A DNA stretch of 64,000 bases from Octopus sinensis (taxonomy: Eukaryota): the NCBI RefSeq assembly GCF_006345805.1, contig NC_042997.1, positions 37,572,001-37,636,000 of the forward strand, in the 5' to 3' direction. Both the position numbers and the translations under genes were made by a program. Positions 11,287 through 25,807 of this stretch are shown piece after piece (positions within the stretch are counted from its first letter, which is position 1; each line of letters opens with the position of its first letter). Under the pieces are notes generated by a model. That model searched no databases. It was not told the DNA's origin and saw nothing but the letters and a program-made list of their open reading frames with translations.

Positions 11287-14200
11287 TTATGAAGAACAGT
11301 AGTTGATTGAATAGAATAGGGCTACATCTACAAAATATGGTTTGTCAAGGGAGACAATAGAATAATCACTAACTAAAGAGTGTGTGTATGTATGTATAAT
11401 GTGGGGTTCATATATATATTCCGGGTAAGATAGGTATGTGTATCTTAGTATGTAGCTTTTATGAAAAGGATATATTGAAGCATGTGTTTGTTGTCTTTAA
11501 GTGTAGGCGTTCTATATATTCCATTCACACAATTGCACTGTAAAATGAATCACATGCGAATATATATTTCTTTATGACACAGACATATATGTATGCAGTG
11601 TATGTGTGCGTATATGTGTGTGTGAGTGTGTAGATATATGCATGTGTGTGCGTGTGTTTATGTGTGTGTGCGTGTGAGTGTGAGTTTGTATGGTTGTGTG
11701 TATGTGTCGAAACCATATTAAAACTGGACTGGCCGCAGACGAGCGAACATTCCCGTTGATCTTTCATTCTCCCGTTAATGTCCTTTCCAGTTTCTACTGT
11801 GGTATTGAATTTGTTTTACTTATCTAGTATAGTAGAGTTCCTTAGTTTATTTGGTTGCTTGGCAGAGTGAATTACATGTGTCACGTTAGACTTTTATCAG
11901 AAAATTCTGTACTCTAAATAATTATTGCTTAATTAGATGAGAATATCGTTATTCAGTAATTTTGAAACATAAATACCAAGAATCGCTTGATAGCATTTGG
12001 GATCAACATGGAATGAGAAAAGGACACAAGTGCTTATACATTTCTTCCTGTTAACAAAAGTCAGACTACCTCTTTCGTAATGAGATGTCTGCTCTGGAGA
12101 AAACTTGATCCGTGGGTTTATTTTTTCTTCTCGTTCGGTGAAGTCCCAGTTTCGACAAACGATTATTCTACTTCTCTGAAAAAGAAAATAGTTTCGATAA
12201 GGCAAAACGTTACCTCGTATGGTACTTAAGATACCCATGTGTTACTGGTGTACAACAATATTTTATTTTATTTCTGGGTACACGAAATAAATACTTGGTT
12301 TCTCGAAATCATTTCAACTTCGATATAAATAGATTATTTCGTGGTGATTGTTCTTCATTTTGGGACAAACTAAGAACAAGAAAGAGATTATTGATTCTTA
12401 AGACTAACCCTCTTTGTCACGTGATGCTTCCAAATACCATTAAGCGAGTATCTCAGTTTCTCGATAGAGTGATAGTTTAAGTTGTATGGTATTTATTTGT
12501 TTCACTTATTCAAGGAGATACTATAGAAATCTAACGATTTCTGTATCAGTGATACAAAGATTGATGGAAATTTCCCATTCCCTGTCTAATAAGACTCCCT
12601 TCCCTACAATCTCAAACCAGACGGGTCTCCTCAATCCTCAATAGGATCTCAGAAACTAGAAGTCCGTCCCTTTAAACAGACCGTTCGGGATACCAAAATA
12701 AAAACACCAATGCATCAAATGAGATCCCTTGTAAGGACGTTTGTTTCAAACTTCAAAAAGCTCCACTGTCTATGTTATAACTAATTGTTTTTCTTTTCTG
12801 GAAGTAGCGCTTTAGTTCTTTAGTTTACTTTAGACATGATAGCGGAAGACTTGCTTGACATCATCAAATATCCATGATACAATATGTGATGTTGCAAGAC
12901 TTGAATATAAATTTTTTACGAGTAATGCTTATGAAAAATTATAGAATACTATGTAAACATGATAGATGATAATCATGTTATCTTAAATACTGAGGCTTCA
13001 GTGTGCGTATAAGTAATGGTCGGCAATATTCGTGAGAGGTAACAGGTGAAAACATACGAACATTTTTCTATTGAAATATGTACTATTTTCTTATTCGATA
13101 ATAAAGTTTTTCAATAGCACTAACTGTAATTAGAAAGTTTCCAGGTTCGTTCCTTTTATAGATTTTTCGGCGGCACCTAATATCTATTAAGGTATAACAT
13201 TACATGATATCTTTAATAGATAAATCAAGAATGTTATATAAAAATAAGAAAACCTCCGTGTATCATCTAAAATATATATAAGAAATATTCGAAATAAAAA
13301 GAAGAAAATCGTTGGAAAACTCTACACATACACTAATATCATTCCTGATAACATGTCATATTTAAATGATTCGATCGTTGGTTTTAATAAATGAGTAAGT
13401 TTCACATAAGTAACTATCTCCATAATTCTAAAATGCATGCAACTTTTGGAGCAATAAAAAATGCGAAAAAATAAAAATAAAGAGAACATTCAGCATTATG
13501 AAAGTTTGTGAAAGTTTTCTTCGAAATTAAGTGAAATAATGTGCGTGCAGATTTTATAGTCATATCCACAATAATCATTCATAATTACGTACACAGAAAG
13601 AGGTAAAGAAATGCACTCATACACACTACCCACTCCAAGAAATTTGTACAAACTTACAGGTTCAGACATACAGAGTCAATTATGTAACTACGTATATATA
13701 ATTACATATACATATGTGTGTGTGTTTGTTTGTCTGTGCATGTGTGTGTGTGTAAGCGTACGAGCGTGAATATAACGCCGTGTGTCGATACCCTCCTGTA
13801 TATATAATCATTCATATATGTACATATATATATATATATGTGTGTGTGTATGTATGTATATACACAGATATATATTCGGTATAACTGTAAAAAACAAATG
13901 GAATAAGTGTGTAGGTTATCTGACAACACGCTACATATTACCCAAGGATGTATGAAATATGTCATGCTTCATTATTGAAGGTATATATTTTTTCTAATCG
14001 AAATGACATATCTGAAACTGAATATTTATGGAATAATTGAAATTTGAAAATAATTTCGGAGAAAATAATTCACTGAGCGTATTTCAACTTTTTTTCTTTT
14101 TATTGGTTTGTAAAATATAGAATATTAATTAGATGTTTTTCCTTACCAAAATTAAGGAAAAATATTTTTGAACTGTAAAAATATATAATGTGCATTATGT

Positions 14201-14499
14201 TGCGTTTATGTAAGTTAAGCTTTCAGTTTCACACGATATTCAGTAGTCATCATGACAAAGAATCAAATGCAAACCATACCCTTACAACAACAAATTCTAT
14301 CAAATGTAACGTTCATATTTTAAATGGAAGTAAATGTATATGCAACGTATACATGCATATTGAAATACGCATATAAACATGTATGTGTGTGTGCGTATGT
14401 GTGTATTTATAAATCCGTATATAAATTGTACATGTTTGTATATTTATATATACTAACATATGCACCTATATATGAGTATGTGTGTGTGTGTATGTATAC

Positions 14500-14686
14500 G
14501 TATATATCATTAGCCACTCACACATTTTCACACATTTTTTCTCTCCTTGTTTTCTGTGTCCCTTTCTGTAGAAGAGTGTAGGCTCGAAACGTAAAGTACT
14601 TTTTTCTATTCCTGAGCGTTATACTAATACATCTGTTTGTTTTGTACACCACCTGTCTTCGCCTTTTGTTTTTTTTCGTAAACTCT

Positions 14687-14690
<4 letters not shown>
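14500..14690 (+). mobile_element. Short repeat with a hammerhead-like motif (CTGTAGA core variant at 14562-14596), ending in (TA)n
   Basis: cttt CTGTAGA a gagt-gtag-gctc GAA ACGT A aag. Homologous copies at ~27860-28010 (+) and ~45972-46150 (-). Confidence 0.75.
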
Positions 14691-14767
<77 letters not shown>

Positions 14768-15040
14768 GTTCCGACTGAAGATTAGAGGCTTCGAGTGACC
14801 CGTCTGTGTTTTTTTGTGTCGTCTCTTTGTATGTTTTTGCGTTCATGTCCCACTTTGTAATTTATATTTTATATTTAATTTCTAATACCAGAACTTATCT
14901 TGACAGCGAGCTTCCTGAAGATTTCATCTGAATGAAACAGTTCTAGTCCTGTAGAAGCTCCTTCTATAAAATAAATTACTTTACTCTGCTATGTATTGAG
15001 TACCTTATTTACTGTGGTTAACCCCGACTCAACCCGGGAC

Positions 15041-15124
<84 letters not shown>

Positions 15125-15304
15125 TATATATATGTATCATAAAAGTATGTCATGAATGCAAGTCTCGTTAATTCACTTTTCAGATCCTGCGGTGAAAAAA
15201 AATAATTAGACTCATATATAATGTAGTGTGTGACGGTTTTATGCAGCTATGAATTAGTGCAATGAAGTAGAAAACAATCAGTTACTTAGTTAATGTAAGA
15301 AAAT

Positions 15305-15970
15305 TTGCACTACTCTCTCCAGTACCTTCATGGGCCTCCACTCCTTCCAAATGTCGCATCTACTTCATGCATGCAATGCATCTTTAAGAACCCTATATAT
15401 TTTTTGCACATCCCATATCAGTATTCGTATAGTATTCACTCAAGCATAGCACTTCTTATTTTGAATCAAACTGTTTTTTCTGTGACTCATGAGCATTAAA
15501 ATTACACTTCCAACGGAACATGTCTGCTCCCTTTCTTTCTAGCCGCCGCAAATCATCCTAAATGAGATACCACATTTCCCTACTTTGCAGCATGTCACTT
15601 CGCACCCAGTCCCCAAGTAACGTGCACTTCATTCTTGTTACTAGCAGAGATAATACAGTCCTGAATATTTTACACTTGTCCTTACTCTTTTTTCTATGCT
15701 TCCTATACAAATAGCAACTCTTCTAATTAGGTACCTTGTTAGCAACTGCTATCAAAAATTACTAGTGAATCCTCGAAGTACTATAAAGTACACATTTTTT
15801 ATATTTCTTTCTTAATGCTAACCCCTCTTCATCTGACACGTAAAAGTTACGTTCCCAGTTAAATTGCTGGTGACTCTAATGCTTTCATACTTTACACCAA
15901 ATGAAATTTCTATTCACACCCTCACTGTGCACAGGTCATGTTCATTTCGCTGAAGAGAACACTACTCTGC
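15305..15970 (-). pseudogene. Highly decayed RTE LINE fragment (C-terminal part of the ORF)
   Basis: Minus strand is colinear with 52550-53020, with RLERKGADMFRW-like and GRxGRPxKxWxEVV-like remnants; many stops and frameshifts. Confidence 0.55.
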
Positions 15971-16080
15971 GCCCTGACGGCACAATAGTATTATTTGTAT
16001 ATTACTCACAGAAACTGTACTGTTAATTTCGCATTCTTAAGTGCAACAATTAAGTGTAGTGAATGCACATATATCTATCT

Positions 16081-16181
<101 letters not shown>

Positions 16182-16560
16182 GGAGGGCAACCGGAGCAAA
16201 ATGTCTCAAGTGTAACTGACCGAAACAGTAAGGAATTTTGGTATACTTGACTGAGGAAAGAAGGCCACGAATGACTCGTCTTTTTGGCCAGCACTTCTAA
16301 TTGTTGTTACTCCCGTCCGCCTTTGTATCATTTATCTATCTGAATATTTCATTGTTCACTATTGTGTTTTTGTTCCATTATATATAAATAAATATATATA
16401 TATATATATTTAAGTAGTTGAATGAATTACCTTAGTATGGATAATTCGGTTTACCGATACCTGGGTAGCAAATTCACGTCAGAAAAACACGGTTGAGGCT
16501 ACATGCCATATGTCGAGAATAAAGGAATTTTGTTAAATCGTCGTTCAACTCCATTCTTTC

Positions 16561-16607
<47 letters not shown>

Positions 16608-17860
16608 TACACACACATATATGTATGTGTTTGTGAATGCATGAGTTTGTGTGCGCGCACGCACACACAAATGTCTCGGTGTGTGTGTATACACAAATTC
16701 GTCTAATAATATTTCAGTATATGAGTATTTATAAAAGCAGAGTGAATTAAAATGTTATGCAGAAGTAGCATAGAAAACATAATTTGCAATTCAACTTATT
16801 TATGAAATGATAATATAAGATAAAACCTCGTAACTACCTTCATAACTTTTATTAACAAACCCATGAATATTAGATACAGGCAGGAATTAGCGATAATGTT
16901 TCAAAAGATCCACACTCATAAGGAAAGTAGAAATTAATGCACAGGTAATTGATGCCAAAATGCCTATAGAGTCTTAAAAGAAATAAGATTCAATGTATAT
17001 TATATATTGATGTTACATAATGCATACCGTTAAATGTCTTTGGAAACGTTTATTTTTAGTCTAACAGTTTGTGAAAATGGGGATTTTGACATGTAATTTA
17101 GATATTGATGAAGGAAAAGTTTAAAAAACTGAAGGTAGAAAATTTGAATGTTTTGAATATCTGTTATTCCATTTTGGTTGTAAAATTATTTCGTGTCCTC
17201 CACATATTTTCAATGCGTATAAGTCCGTATGGTGATTCAAATTAAATAATGAACTCGATTATATACATTGAATGGTGGATATTATTTCAACAATAACATA
17301 GTAAAAATCTTGTTGCGCCAACTCCTGTCATATGGTTGGGTATGTGGTAGGACATTATTATTTTTAGGAAGGAAGCTACTTAATCGAGACTTACAATAGC
17401 CAAGATGTAACAAAAATGTAACACGTGTTAGATAGAATGCCTGTGTATTTGTAACATGTGATTGCACGATATCAGTTGAGCAAAATTTGAGACTGGTGAA
17501 AACAGAGTAGCAAAAGAAGGTGAAGAAATTCACGAGATTTGTTTCTTTGTAGGCGGTGGGGTTAGGAATATACAAAAATCACCAAAATTATCTTGTACCA
17601 CTAGCAATCTAATAAAAAAAAAAGTAGCTCTAGTAATCGAATGCATGCGAAACAAAGTCGTTTACTATGAAAAAATCTTTATATGGATCCGAAGACAGTG
17701 GCAGATTCAAAAGACATCAGTGAACGTCCAAATCTGGGGATAAGTAATTTTTCGAATTACGCTTCATATATCTCAATGCGGATCTGCGTGAATACATATG
17801 AGAATGCATATATGTGTCTGGGTGGATGTATACTTGTATGTATACACACACACACACACA

Positions 17861-17936
<76 letters not shown>

Positions 17937-18149
17937 CATATATATACATATATATATACATACATACATATAAACACATATATATGCAAAGATATATATA
18001 TATATATAAACAAATGAAAAATAAGAAATGAAATATAGCATTTAATACAGATGTATTATCAGTTAAAATCAAACGTTGTCCCTTACAGCTGTTTCAATTA
18101 AGCCCAATAAAGATTAAATAATTATTATTAAAATTACGTGGGGGGGGAG

Positions 18150-18317
18150 TCCTCCATACTCTACTAACATGCCAAGGACCAGCATAGAGGTAGTCTAGGT
18201 AAACTTGACATCCGCATTTTATCCATGCACCCAAAGAACCCAAGGCTCAGACAAATAAAGGAGTACGTCCTCATAAATGGAACATACCCACTACTAAATA
18301 GGAAATATACGAAGTAG
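18150..18317 (+). pseudogene. Diverged Penelope-like (Neptune-type) GIY-YIG C-terminal fragment, followed by a CA-rich 3' region to ~18830
   Basis: SSILY*HAKDQHRGSLGKLDIRILSMHPKNPRLRQIKEYVLINGTYPLLNRKYTK* aligns with the C-terminus at 20010-20178. Confidence 0.72.
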
Positions 18318-19031
18318 GTAATCATACCCCCCATACGCACAGTTTATATATATACATGTAGAATAGTTAGTGGGCTGTTATGTAGATTTATTTATGTGTG
18401 TGTGCGTGTATATATGTATACACATGCGTATATGTATATGCACATGTAGGTAGGTAAATGGATATTAACAGACAGGCACGGATGCATACATACGCAAATG
18501 AAAACTGAATCCCGTGACTATATTCACACACACTTCACTTCACACGAGGACACATATGGGCACCTATGGAGACATCTATAAATACAGACACAGTACATAG
18601 TCACAAAAACGCATACACAGACACACTCAGACATGCACACACAAGGGCACAGAAGAACACATACATACATGCAAACACACACATACCTACATATATACAT
18701 ACGCACATACACATATACATGTATACACACTTACATGCGTGCATACATACATACATACATACATACATACATACATACATACATGTGTATGCGCACACAC
18801 ACTGGCCCACACGCTTCAGCACAAAGAAAGGAAAAGAACGAAGCTCGGCTAACGGACAGTGTCAATGAATATTGAAAAGTTTGCAAGACAAAACGGAAAT
18901 TTGAGGAAAAATAGATAAGTAAGTGAGTGGAAACTTAACCTCTGGGTGTGTTAAATAATAAGGCACTAAAAGAGAATGACACTCCTCAGGCACAACTATA
19001 TATATATATACAAATATACTGCTGAACATTG

Positions 19032-21480
19032 GGAGGAGCATTATGCCGGTAATAATAAACACACGCACTGGTTCAGTCCTTTATTGTTATTGTAGGCTCA
19101 TAGGTTAGTTAAGCTGTTAACCAATTCATAGATTAGCCGTTTTTTTTTACTGGTTTTTCAAATTCAAATGCTAACATAACTAATTCCGTCTACCAAAGCA
19201 TCAGGGTAACAATAAATTACCCAACAAGGGACCCAAACAAACGACGCCCGGTCCTTGACATAGAACTTTGGCTAAAGACCATAAAAAAACAAGGTTCAAA
19301 TCCTCCACTCGCACTATATGAAACCCATGTCCTCGAAATCTGTGATCCATAAAAGTTCGGCTCTGTCACACAATGTGAAAATTGATATATTGATAGTCGA
19401 CTTTGTCAGAATAATGAAAAACATATCCCCGCCCATTTACAAACCCTGGAAGAAACAGAAACACACACAAGACTTCATGTATCGAATGCAAATTTCGGGA
19501 TACAACCAGAAAGATAGAGTCCGAGTGTACAGGGGGTGGCTGGCAAGAAATTTGAAGAGATTGTGAATAAGAATGCCGAAGGAGCACAACCTAAGTACCG
19601 TAATAAGCAGTGTAATAAAATAGGGAGAACTTATGATAAAGCAAACAAAAAGAACACGTGGTACAATGCCGACAAGTTTCAAGGGGTGATGTTTGTAGAT
19701 GTCACACCACACGGGGAACTAGCTCCGGATTTAGAAAAATCCTGAGGGATACTAAGTTGAGCATGAAAGTCATGGAAAAACCAGGAAGATCCATGAGGTC
19801 AATAATAAAAATCCCACGTGTGTAGAGGAGGACTGTGTAGTGTGCAAATATTTCCCTGGTGTCAAATGCAAAGCCAGAAATGTGGTTTACCGAATAAACT
19901 GCATGGATGGGGATTGTAGAAACCGGAAGACTGCATACATAGGTGAAACGGCGAGAAGTTTGGACGAGCGTATAAATGAACTTTGGAGATAATACAGGGA
20001 TCTAAGACAAACCTCGATACTCTGGCAGCATGCCAAAGAGCAATATGTTGGTGTACTGAACCGAATTAGCATAGAAATTCTATCTAGAAACCCGAACGAC
20101 GCATCGCTACGACATATACGAGAGTTAGTCTGGATAAACGAAACACGACCGGTTTTGAATAGTAAATACTCTCATTAAACAGTGGCCTTACAAAGATGCA
20201 TGAACGCACACACACATACACACATACGCACACACGAGAACAGAACACACATACTCACACTTACATGCAAAGACAAACATGAACACAGATATGTCCTCAC
20301 GCCCACACGGACACATATATACGCATACGCAGACAACGGAAGCGTGCATGCAGAAGTTACACACGTACACACAAACACAGAGTAACTCACACATATGAAT
20401 ATAAACACATACACACAAACACACAAACATACACACACATAAAGACACATTGAGACGCAGACACACATTCACACACATACGTAAACACAAACACAGACAC
20501 ATACGCTCGTACGCACATGCACTCACATACACACGTGGACACGCATACGCATGCTCATGTACGCAAATATCAATTTATTTAACGTTTATCAAACATAGAA
20601 GTTGACTTTACCGTCATTGAGAGAAACGTTATATGGATGACCGTGTGCGTTTGCGAAGAAAACAAAGAGTAAAACAAACCGCCATTTTATGTATATGAAA
20701 AATAACATAGTATTTATAAAAACACACACACACACTCACATACGGATGCACACAATTATGTATAAACACACACACATGCAGACATACACACACTCACATA
20801 CTCATGTCGGACAGATCTCGGACGAATCCCAAGGTCGGAACATAAGTTCAAAGGAAATGGAAGTAGAGAGGCGTGTCACTGAAGAGATTGCAACAATGCA
20901 ATGAAATACACATTTGACAAAAAAAAAAATAAAAGAAATGACAACACAAACTATACTGAACATTTGAACGATAAACTATTTGACCAAAGTACTTAGCATA
21001 TGAGTTCGAAAACCTAGTAAAAAAACGGCTAAACGATAAAATGGTTACCGGAGTAACTAACCCATTAGCCTACAATAACAATAGAGGACTAAACCCATGC
21101 GTCTGTTCATTATTACCGGCATAATGCTCCTCCTCAAGAATTTTGCAAAACAAATACAAATAGGAACTCACTCTCTCTCTCTCATCCTGTTATTGTTATT
21201 AATATTATTATTAGTGTTTTTACGTATTATTTTTGTATTCATATTCGTGTAACATCGTCCGTTTTTCTGTCCTTGTTTTGTATACATTCGAAGCTTTCGT
21301 CCAAGGAATCTAATGCGCTTAGCTTAGTTTTACCTTGGGGTTGGCCAGATTGGAGCAATCTAAATATTAATCAGCTGAAATTGCGAGGATGATCCGGTAC
21401 TTGACTGTAGATTGAAGGCTTCGATTGTCCCGTCCGTGTTTTTTGTGTCGTCATCGAAATGTTTTGCGTTCTTGTCCCAG
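19032..21480 (+). mobile_element. 5'-truncated Neptune-type Penelope-like element: RT thumb + Cys-rich linker + GIY-YIG endonuclease, CA-rich 3' region, pLTR with hammerhead, inverted pLTR piece at the 5' end
   Basis: Broken ORF ~19180-20178: PVLDIELW, YMKPMSSKSVIHKSSAL, MFVDVTP, CVEEDCVVC, CKARNVVYRINC...YIGETARSLDERINE, RELVWINETRPVLNSK*. 19032-19174 is an inverted copy (~80%) of 20993-21133. Confidence 0.88.
20874..20919 (+). ncRNA. Type I hammerhead motif in the Penelope-like pLTR
   Basis: TGTCA CTGAAGA g ATTGCA-acaa-TGCAAT GAA AT-acac-AT T TGACA. Helix I 5 bp, helix II 6 bp, helix III 2 bp; predicted AUU cleavage after 20914. Confidence 0.72.
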
Positions 21481-21486
21481 TTTGTA

Positions 21487-21528
<42 letters not shown>

Positions 21529-21883
21529 ATATATATATATTCTTAGGTCCGTTGGTAAATTTAAGCGGCACATTGAGTAGTCAGCGATCGCAAAATTTAT
21601 CTCCGTCTCTGGCCAGCCGGTATTATTCTACCAAGAATCATCATCTTGGAAGAATAATACCGGCTCGTTGTCCTCTCAGCTTTACATCATGTGCAAAATT
21701 CATGTGGTGGACTAACACTGAGCTCAGCACTTTACCCGGCGTTGACAATCCCGTTATTACTCTCAAATTTTGGCAGTTGCACAAAACTCCTTTCTACGGA
21801 AGTTTAACAATGACTCCTTTACTCCACTCTTCAGGTACCCGTTTTTCCACCCAGCATGCATTACATAACTGTATCAACCATTC

Positions 21884-21939
<56 letters not shown>

Positions 21940-21962
21940 ATCTGGGGAGAGTCATTCTTTTG

Positions 21963-22083
21963 TAATGCCTTGTGAATTAACTTGCTCACCGGTTCGATTT
22001 CCACTCAATTACTTATTTATTTAGAAAAAAAAAATAGATGAGAGAAAATTTAACCGGTGAGTGTGTTAATTAACAAGGCATTA
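21963..22083. mobile_element. ~120-bp MITE-like element with 32-bp imperfect terminal inverted repeats
   Basis: taatgccttgtgaattaacttgctcaccggtt versus the reverse complement of aaccggtgagtgtgttaattaacaaggcatta (4 mismatches). Confidence 0.7.
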
Positions 22084-22479
22084 AAATAGAATAACTCTCG
22101 CTAGGCACAATAAAACACGCTTCAACACACGAATTCACATCAAGAATCTTGAAGACCAAATAAAAATAAGAAATAGATATATTGTGTGTGTGTGTGTTTG
22201 TGTGTGTGTATGTGTGTGCGTGTGTGCGTGTGTGTGTGTACAAGAAATCTTTTTAACGGAAAGATGCAGATAATCGCTCAACGAAATAAGGTTCTCCTTC
22301 ATTAAGGTAAAAACTTGTTGAACACTCCACCTTGATATCTCGTTCCTGCTTGTTTTTCTAAATGAGTGTTTGCCCGCTATTACCTCCGTCTCCCTATGTC
22401 CCAGGTATATTATAAACAGCTCACTGATGTTATTTGCAATTATGAACATATAGAAATCCGTTGGGTGGGGTGTATATCA

Positions 22480-22900
22480 TACACTTTTGTAACTGCGCTA
22501 TACCTTTGCTAAAGCAGTTTGTGTTACATGCTTATTCTTTTAATCATCTTATCCATTAGTAGTTGGTATTTTGTTCGCCAGTCTTGAATTTTTCTGGTTT
22601 TCCTTCTCTTCAATGGCAACAACGATTGGTTCTTAAAGTATACATAGATGACATCAGCAAACAGACTTGTGAAGAATTTTGTTATGAATCAGAATTTTGT
22701 TATTAATCATAATTTTCTTGCTATCGTTTAACATGGTGTTTTGTTATTCCAGTCTTAGCTTGGATTTCAGCTGTTTTACAGCTTTTGTCGTTTCCTCATT
22801 TTCTTCATAGTTATCAGGCACTATAATTTCTGTCATGCGTTTTTCAGCAAAAGAATTTTTTTGTTTACGGAGATGTACTTGCATAGCAAGTGACCTTATC
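22480..22900 (-). pseudogene. Possible very decayed LINE RT N-terminal remnant
   Basis: EETTKAVKQLK, LHKSVC and PIVVAIEEKENQ resemble the pre-RT motifs of RTE-type LINEs; weak. Confidence 0.35.
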
Positions 22901-23253
22901 TGAGATCGTGTACTGGAACGAAAACAATGGCAGCGTGGAAGGTGTTTATAAACCATTTAAGAAACACACAAATCTGTTACATTCACCTCAACATTTAAAT
23001 TTAATTTGTCAAAATATTTTCGTCGCTTTGAGACTGCGACATGTACACTAGCAAAATTCGGTATTTGCTTGTATTTAGTGGCTATTTCTGGCAGTTTCCC
23101 TTGCTTATGAATTAGAAACTAGTAACATTGCATTACATACCGCGCGAACAAGGATGCAGGAGACCTGTATTAGGATACTGGGACTATATCATTGAAATAT
23201 AGTCAGAGACCAAGCTCTAAATGACTACAGTGACAAGAGCTAGAATTAACTAA

Positions 23254-24690
23254 GAGTGAGTCACAATGTAATACAAGACAGCAATGAGCAAAGATGGCTG
23301 ATGCAACAAATAGGCAATTTATTTCGCATTTGTAAATGGCATACGAAATGCAGCTGAGCAGATCCAGAAGCCGGTCTACGTCGCACAATATGGTTAATGA
23401 GAGTATTTACTATTCAAAACCGGTCGTGTTTCGTTTATCCAGACTAATTCTCGTATCTGTCGTAGCGATGCGTCGTTCGGGTTTCTAGATGGAATTTCTA
23501 TGCTAATTCGGTTCAGCACACCAGCTCTTTGGCATGCTGGCAGAGTATCGAGGTTTGTCTTAGATCCCTGTATTCTCTCCAAAGTTCATTTATATGCTGG
23601 ACGGGCTGGTTAAATTACTTGAGGTCCCTTTGGTCCACATCCCTCTGCAGAGTAAAACGGACTGCACTGCCATATCTTTTAAATCGGGACCTGTCTTTTG
23701 TAAAACAAACCTAATAGGTATTTAATTCTCTGACCTCTTTTTCTGAATTCACTTTAAATCGTTACCTTCTTATTCACTTTCTTTACCGCATTTATTGCAT
23801 CTCCATTTCCTCTATTACGACACTGTATTCTTTTGATAATGTTCGCTTATATCACTTTTAATGTATCCCTTCAATCTATTATTCTATTTTTCACTCTCCT
23901 TTTTGATACATCTCTTACGTTACAATAGCTTATCATTCTTCTGAACATTGGATGATGTGCTATATTTTTAATCGATTTTTTCACATTTTACATACATTTT
24001 TGAACATTATGAAAAAAACCCGATTTCTTATAGCTAACAACCGATGTTTTTTTTTTCAAGAAGCTTCGATTCATTCAACGATAAATTCAAGCAACCATTA
24101 CAGAACGCGTTAAATGACATTTTGTCACCGATTAAATTTTAACAATAAGTAAAAGAAATATTTCTTGCGTACGAACCAGGTCATAAGTCCATCACTTGCA
24201 TAGAGACTTCAAGCGCATCCTATATGCATGTATGTGTGATTAAATATATTATATATATATATATATAATATATACACACGCATACACACACACACACAAA
24301 CTCACACACGCACATATATATACGTACGTACATATATACATACATACATAACTACACACTCAGACACACATATATATATATATATATATTGTGTGTGTGT
24401 GTGTGTAGTTATGTATGTATGTATGTATATACGTACGTATGAGTATGTGTTTGTGTGCGTCAATATATATGCATATACATAAGTCCATGTCTATGCATAT
24501 ATATATGAGTATGTAATAATGTGTGTGGGTGTTTCAATGCGTATGTAATTTTGTCATAATCAAATATACTCTTATTCTTTAGTGGAAAAAAATATTTTCT
24601 CAAGTGTCTTCTACCATTTAGTAATCATTTACTGAGAAGCTGTATGACATACATAATTGCATACAAGTATGCATACATACATAACTATAC

Positions 24691-24747
<57 letters not shown>

Positions 24748-25031
24748 ATATATATTTCTATATAGATATATAATATATATATATGATATATATATAGATA
24801 TATTACTGTCGTTTTCCTTTTCTTTTCTTCTAACAATAATAATCGCATTTTTCCTTTATCCGAATAAGTAGCATCTTGTTATATTACAACCATTGTTTTC
24901 TTTTTTTTTTGTCCTCATCTCAAAAGCGAAAAGAAAAACTGAGAGAGAGAGTCATAATGTATTACTAAGACAGCAATGCGCAAAGACAACTGATGCAACA
25001 AATAGGCAATTTCTTTCTCATTTGTAAATGT
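23254..25031 (+). repeat. ~85-bp dispersed direct repeat (23254-23339 and 24945-25031)
   Basis: Shared aagacagcaatg.gcaaaga...ctgatgcaacaaataggcaattt...catttgtaaatg, about 80% identical. Confidence 0.75.
23394..23594 (-). pseudogene. Penelope-like GIY-YIG C-terminal fragment, same family as 19975-20178
   Basis: Reverse complement about 95% identical to 19975-20178; ends at the same stop codon. Confidence 0.88.
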
Positions 25032-25652
25032 AAACGAGCATTCAATATTACATAAGTAAAACACAAACTGTTTGACCAAACAATTTTGATTGGATATGGT
25101 TGCTGAATATATGAGAAATATCGATTGGTTTTCGCTCCTCAAGGAAACAATATTTGCTCTTACGAGAAATTGGTTACATTAGCTTATATGTAAAGGCTTA
25201 ATAAAAGCGTTTTGTTTCCTTACCTTCTTCGAGAATTGTTTTATAACTTAATTGCATTTGCGATGCATTATACATTTTATGCCTATTCATTTTAGATTTT
25301 CTTGATTCATGACTGAATCATTAAGTGGTCTTTTCCTCCATTTTATTTCTCCTTTCCTGAAAACAACATTGAATGCGCTTGCGTGTGTATATAAAAATTT
25401 ACATGTATGTATGTGTGTGGGCGTCCATGTATGCATATATGCATGTACACACATATATAATATATATGCATATATATATGTATATATACATATACATATA
25501 CATATATGTGTATATATATACAAATATATATGTATATACATATATATATATGTATATATATATATACATATCCATCCATCTAAAACCCGCAAAAATACAA
25601 AGACATCGATATACACACATACACACATACGCACATATATAATATATATATA

Positions 25653-25722
<70 letters not shown>

Positions 25723-25775
25723 AGGTATTTTATGCATATACTTGTGTCTGCGTAAGCGTGTAAGTATATATATAT

Positions 25776-25807
<32 letters not shown>

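Noticed and set aside
14765-14960. CTGAAGA motifs at ~14773 and ~14915; also CTGATGACGAAA at ~58908 and a minus-strand CTGAAGA...GAAAC at ~26505-26527
   Set aside because: Helices I-III cannot all be formed; consistent with chance matches. The 14765-14850 segment is a diverged relative of 21393-21480.
22995-23060. Hammerhead-like fold on the minus strand (helix II GUCGC/GCGAC, GAA, palindromic AAUAUU)
   Set aside because: No CUGANGA-like core in this copy; possibly a decayed relative but not supportable alone.
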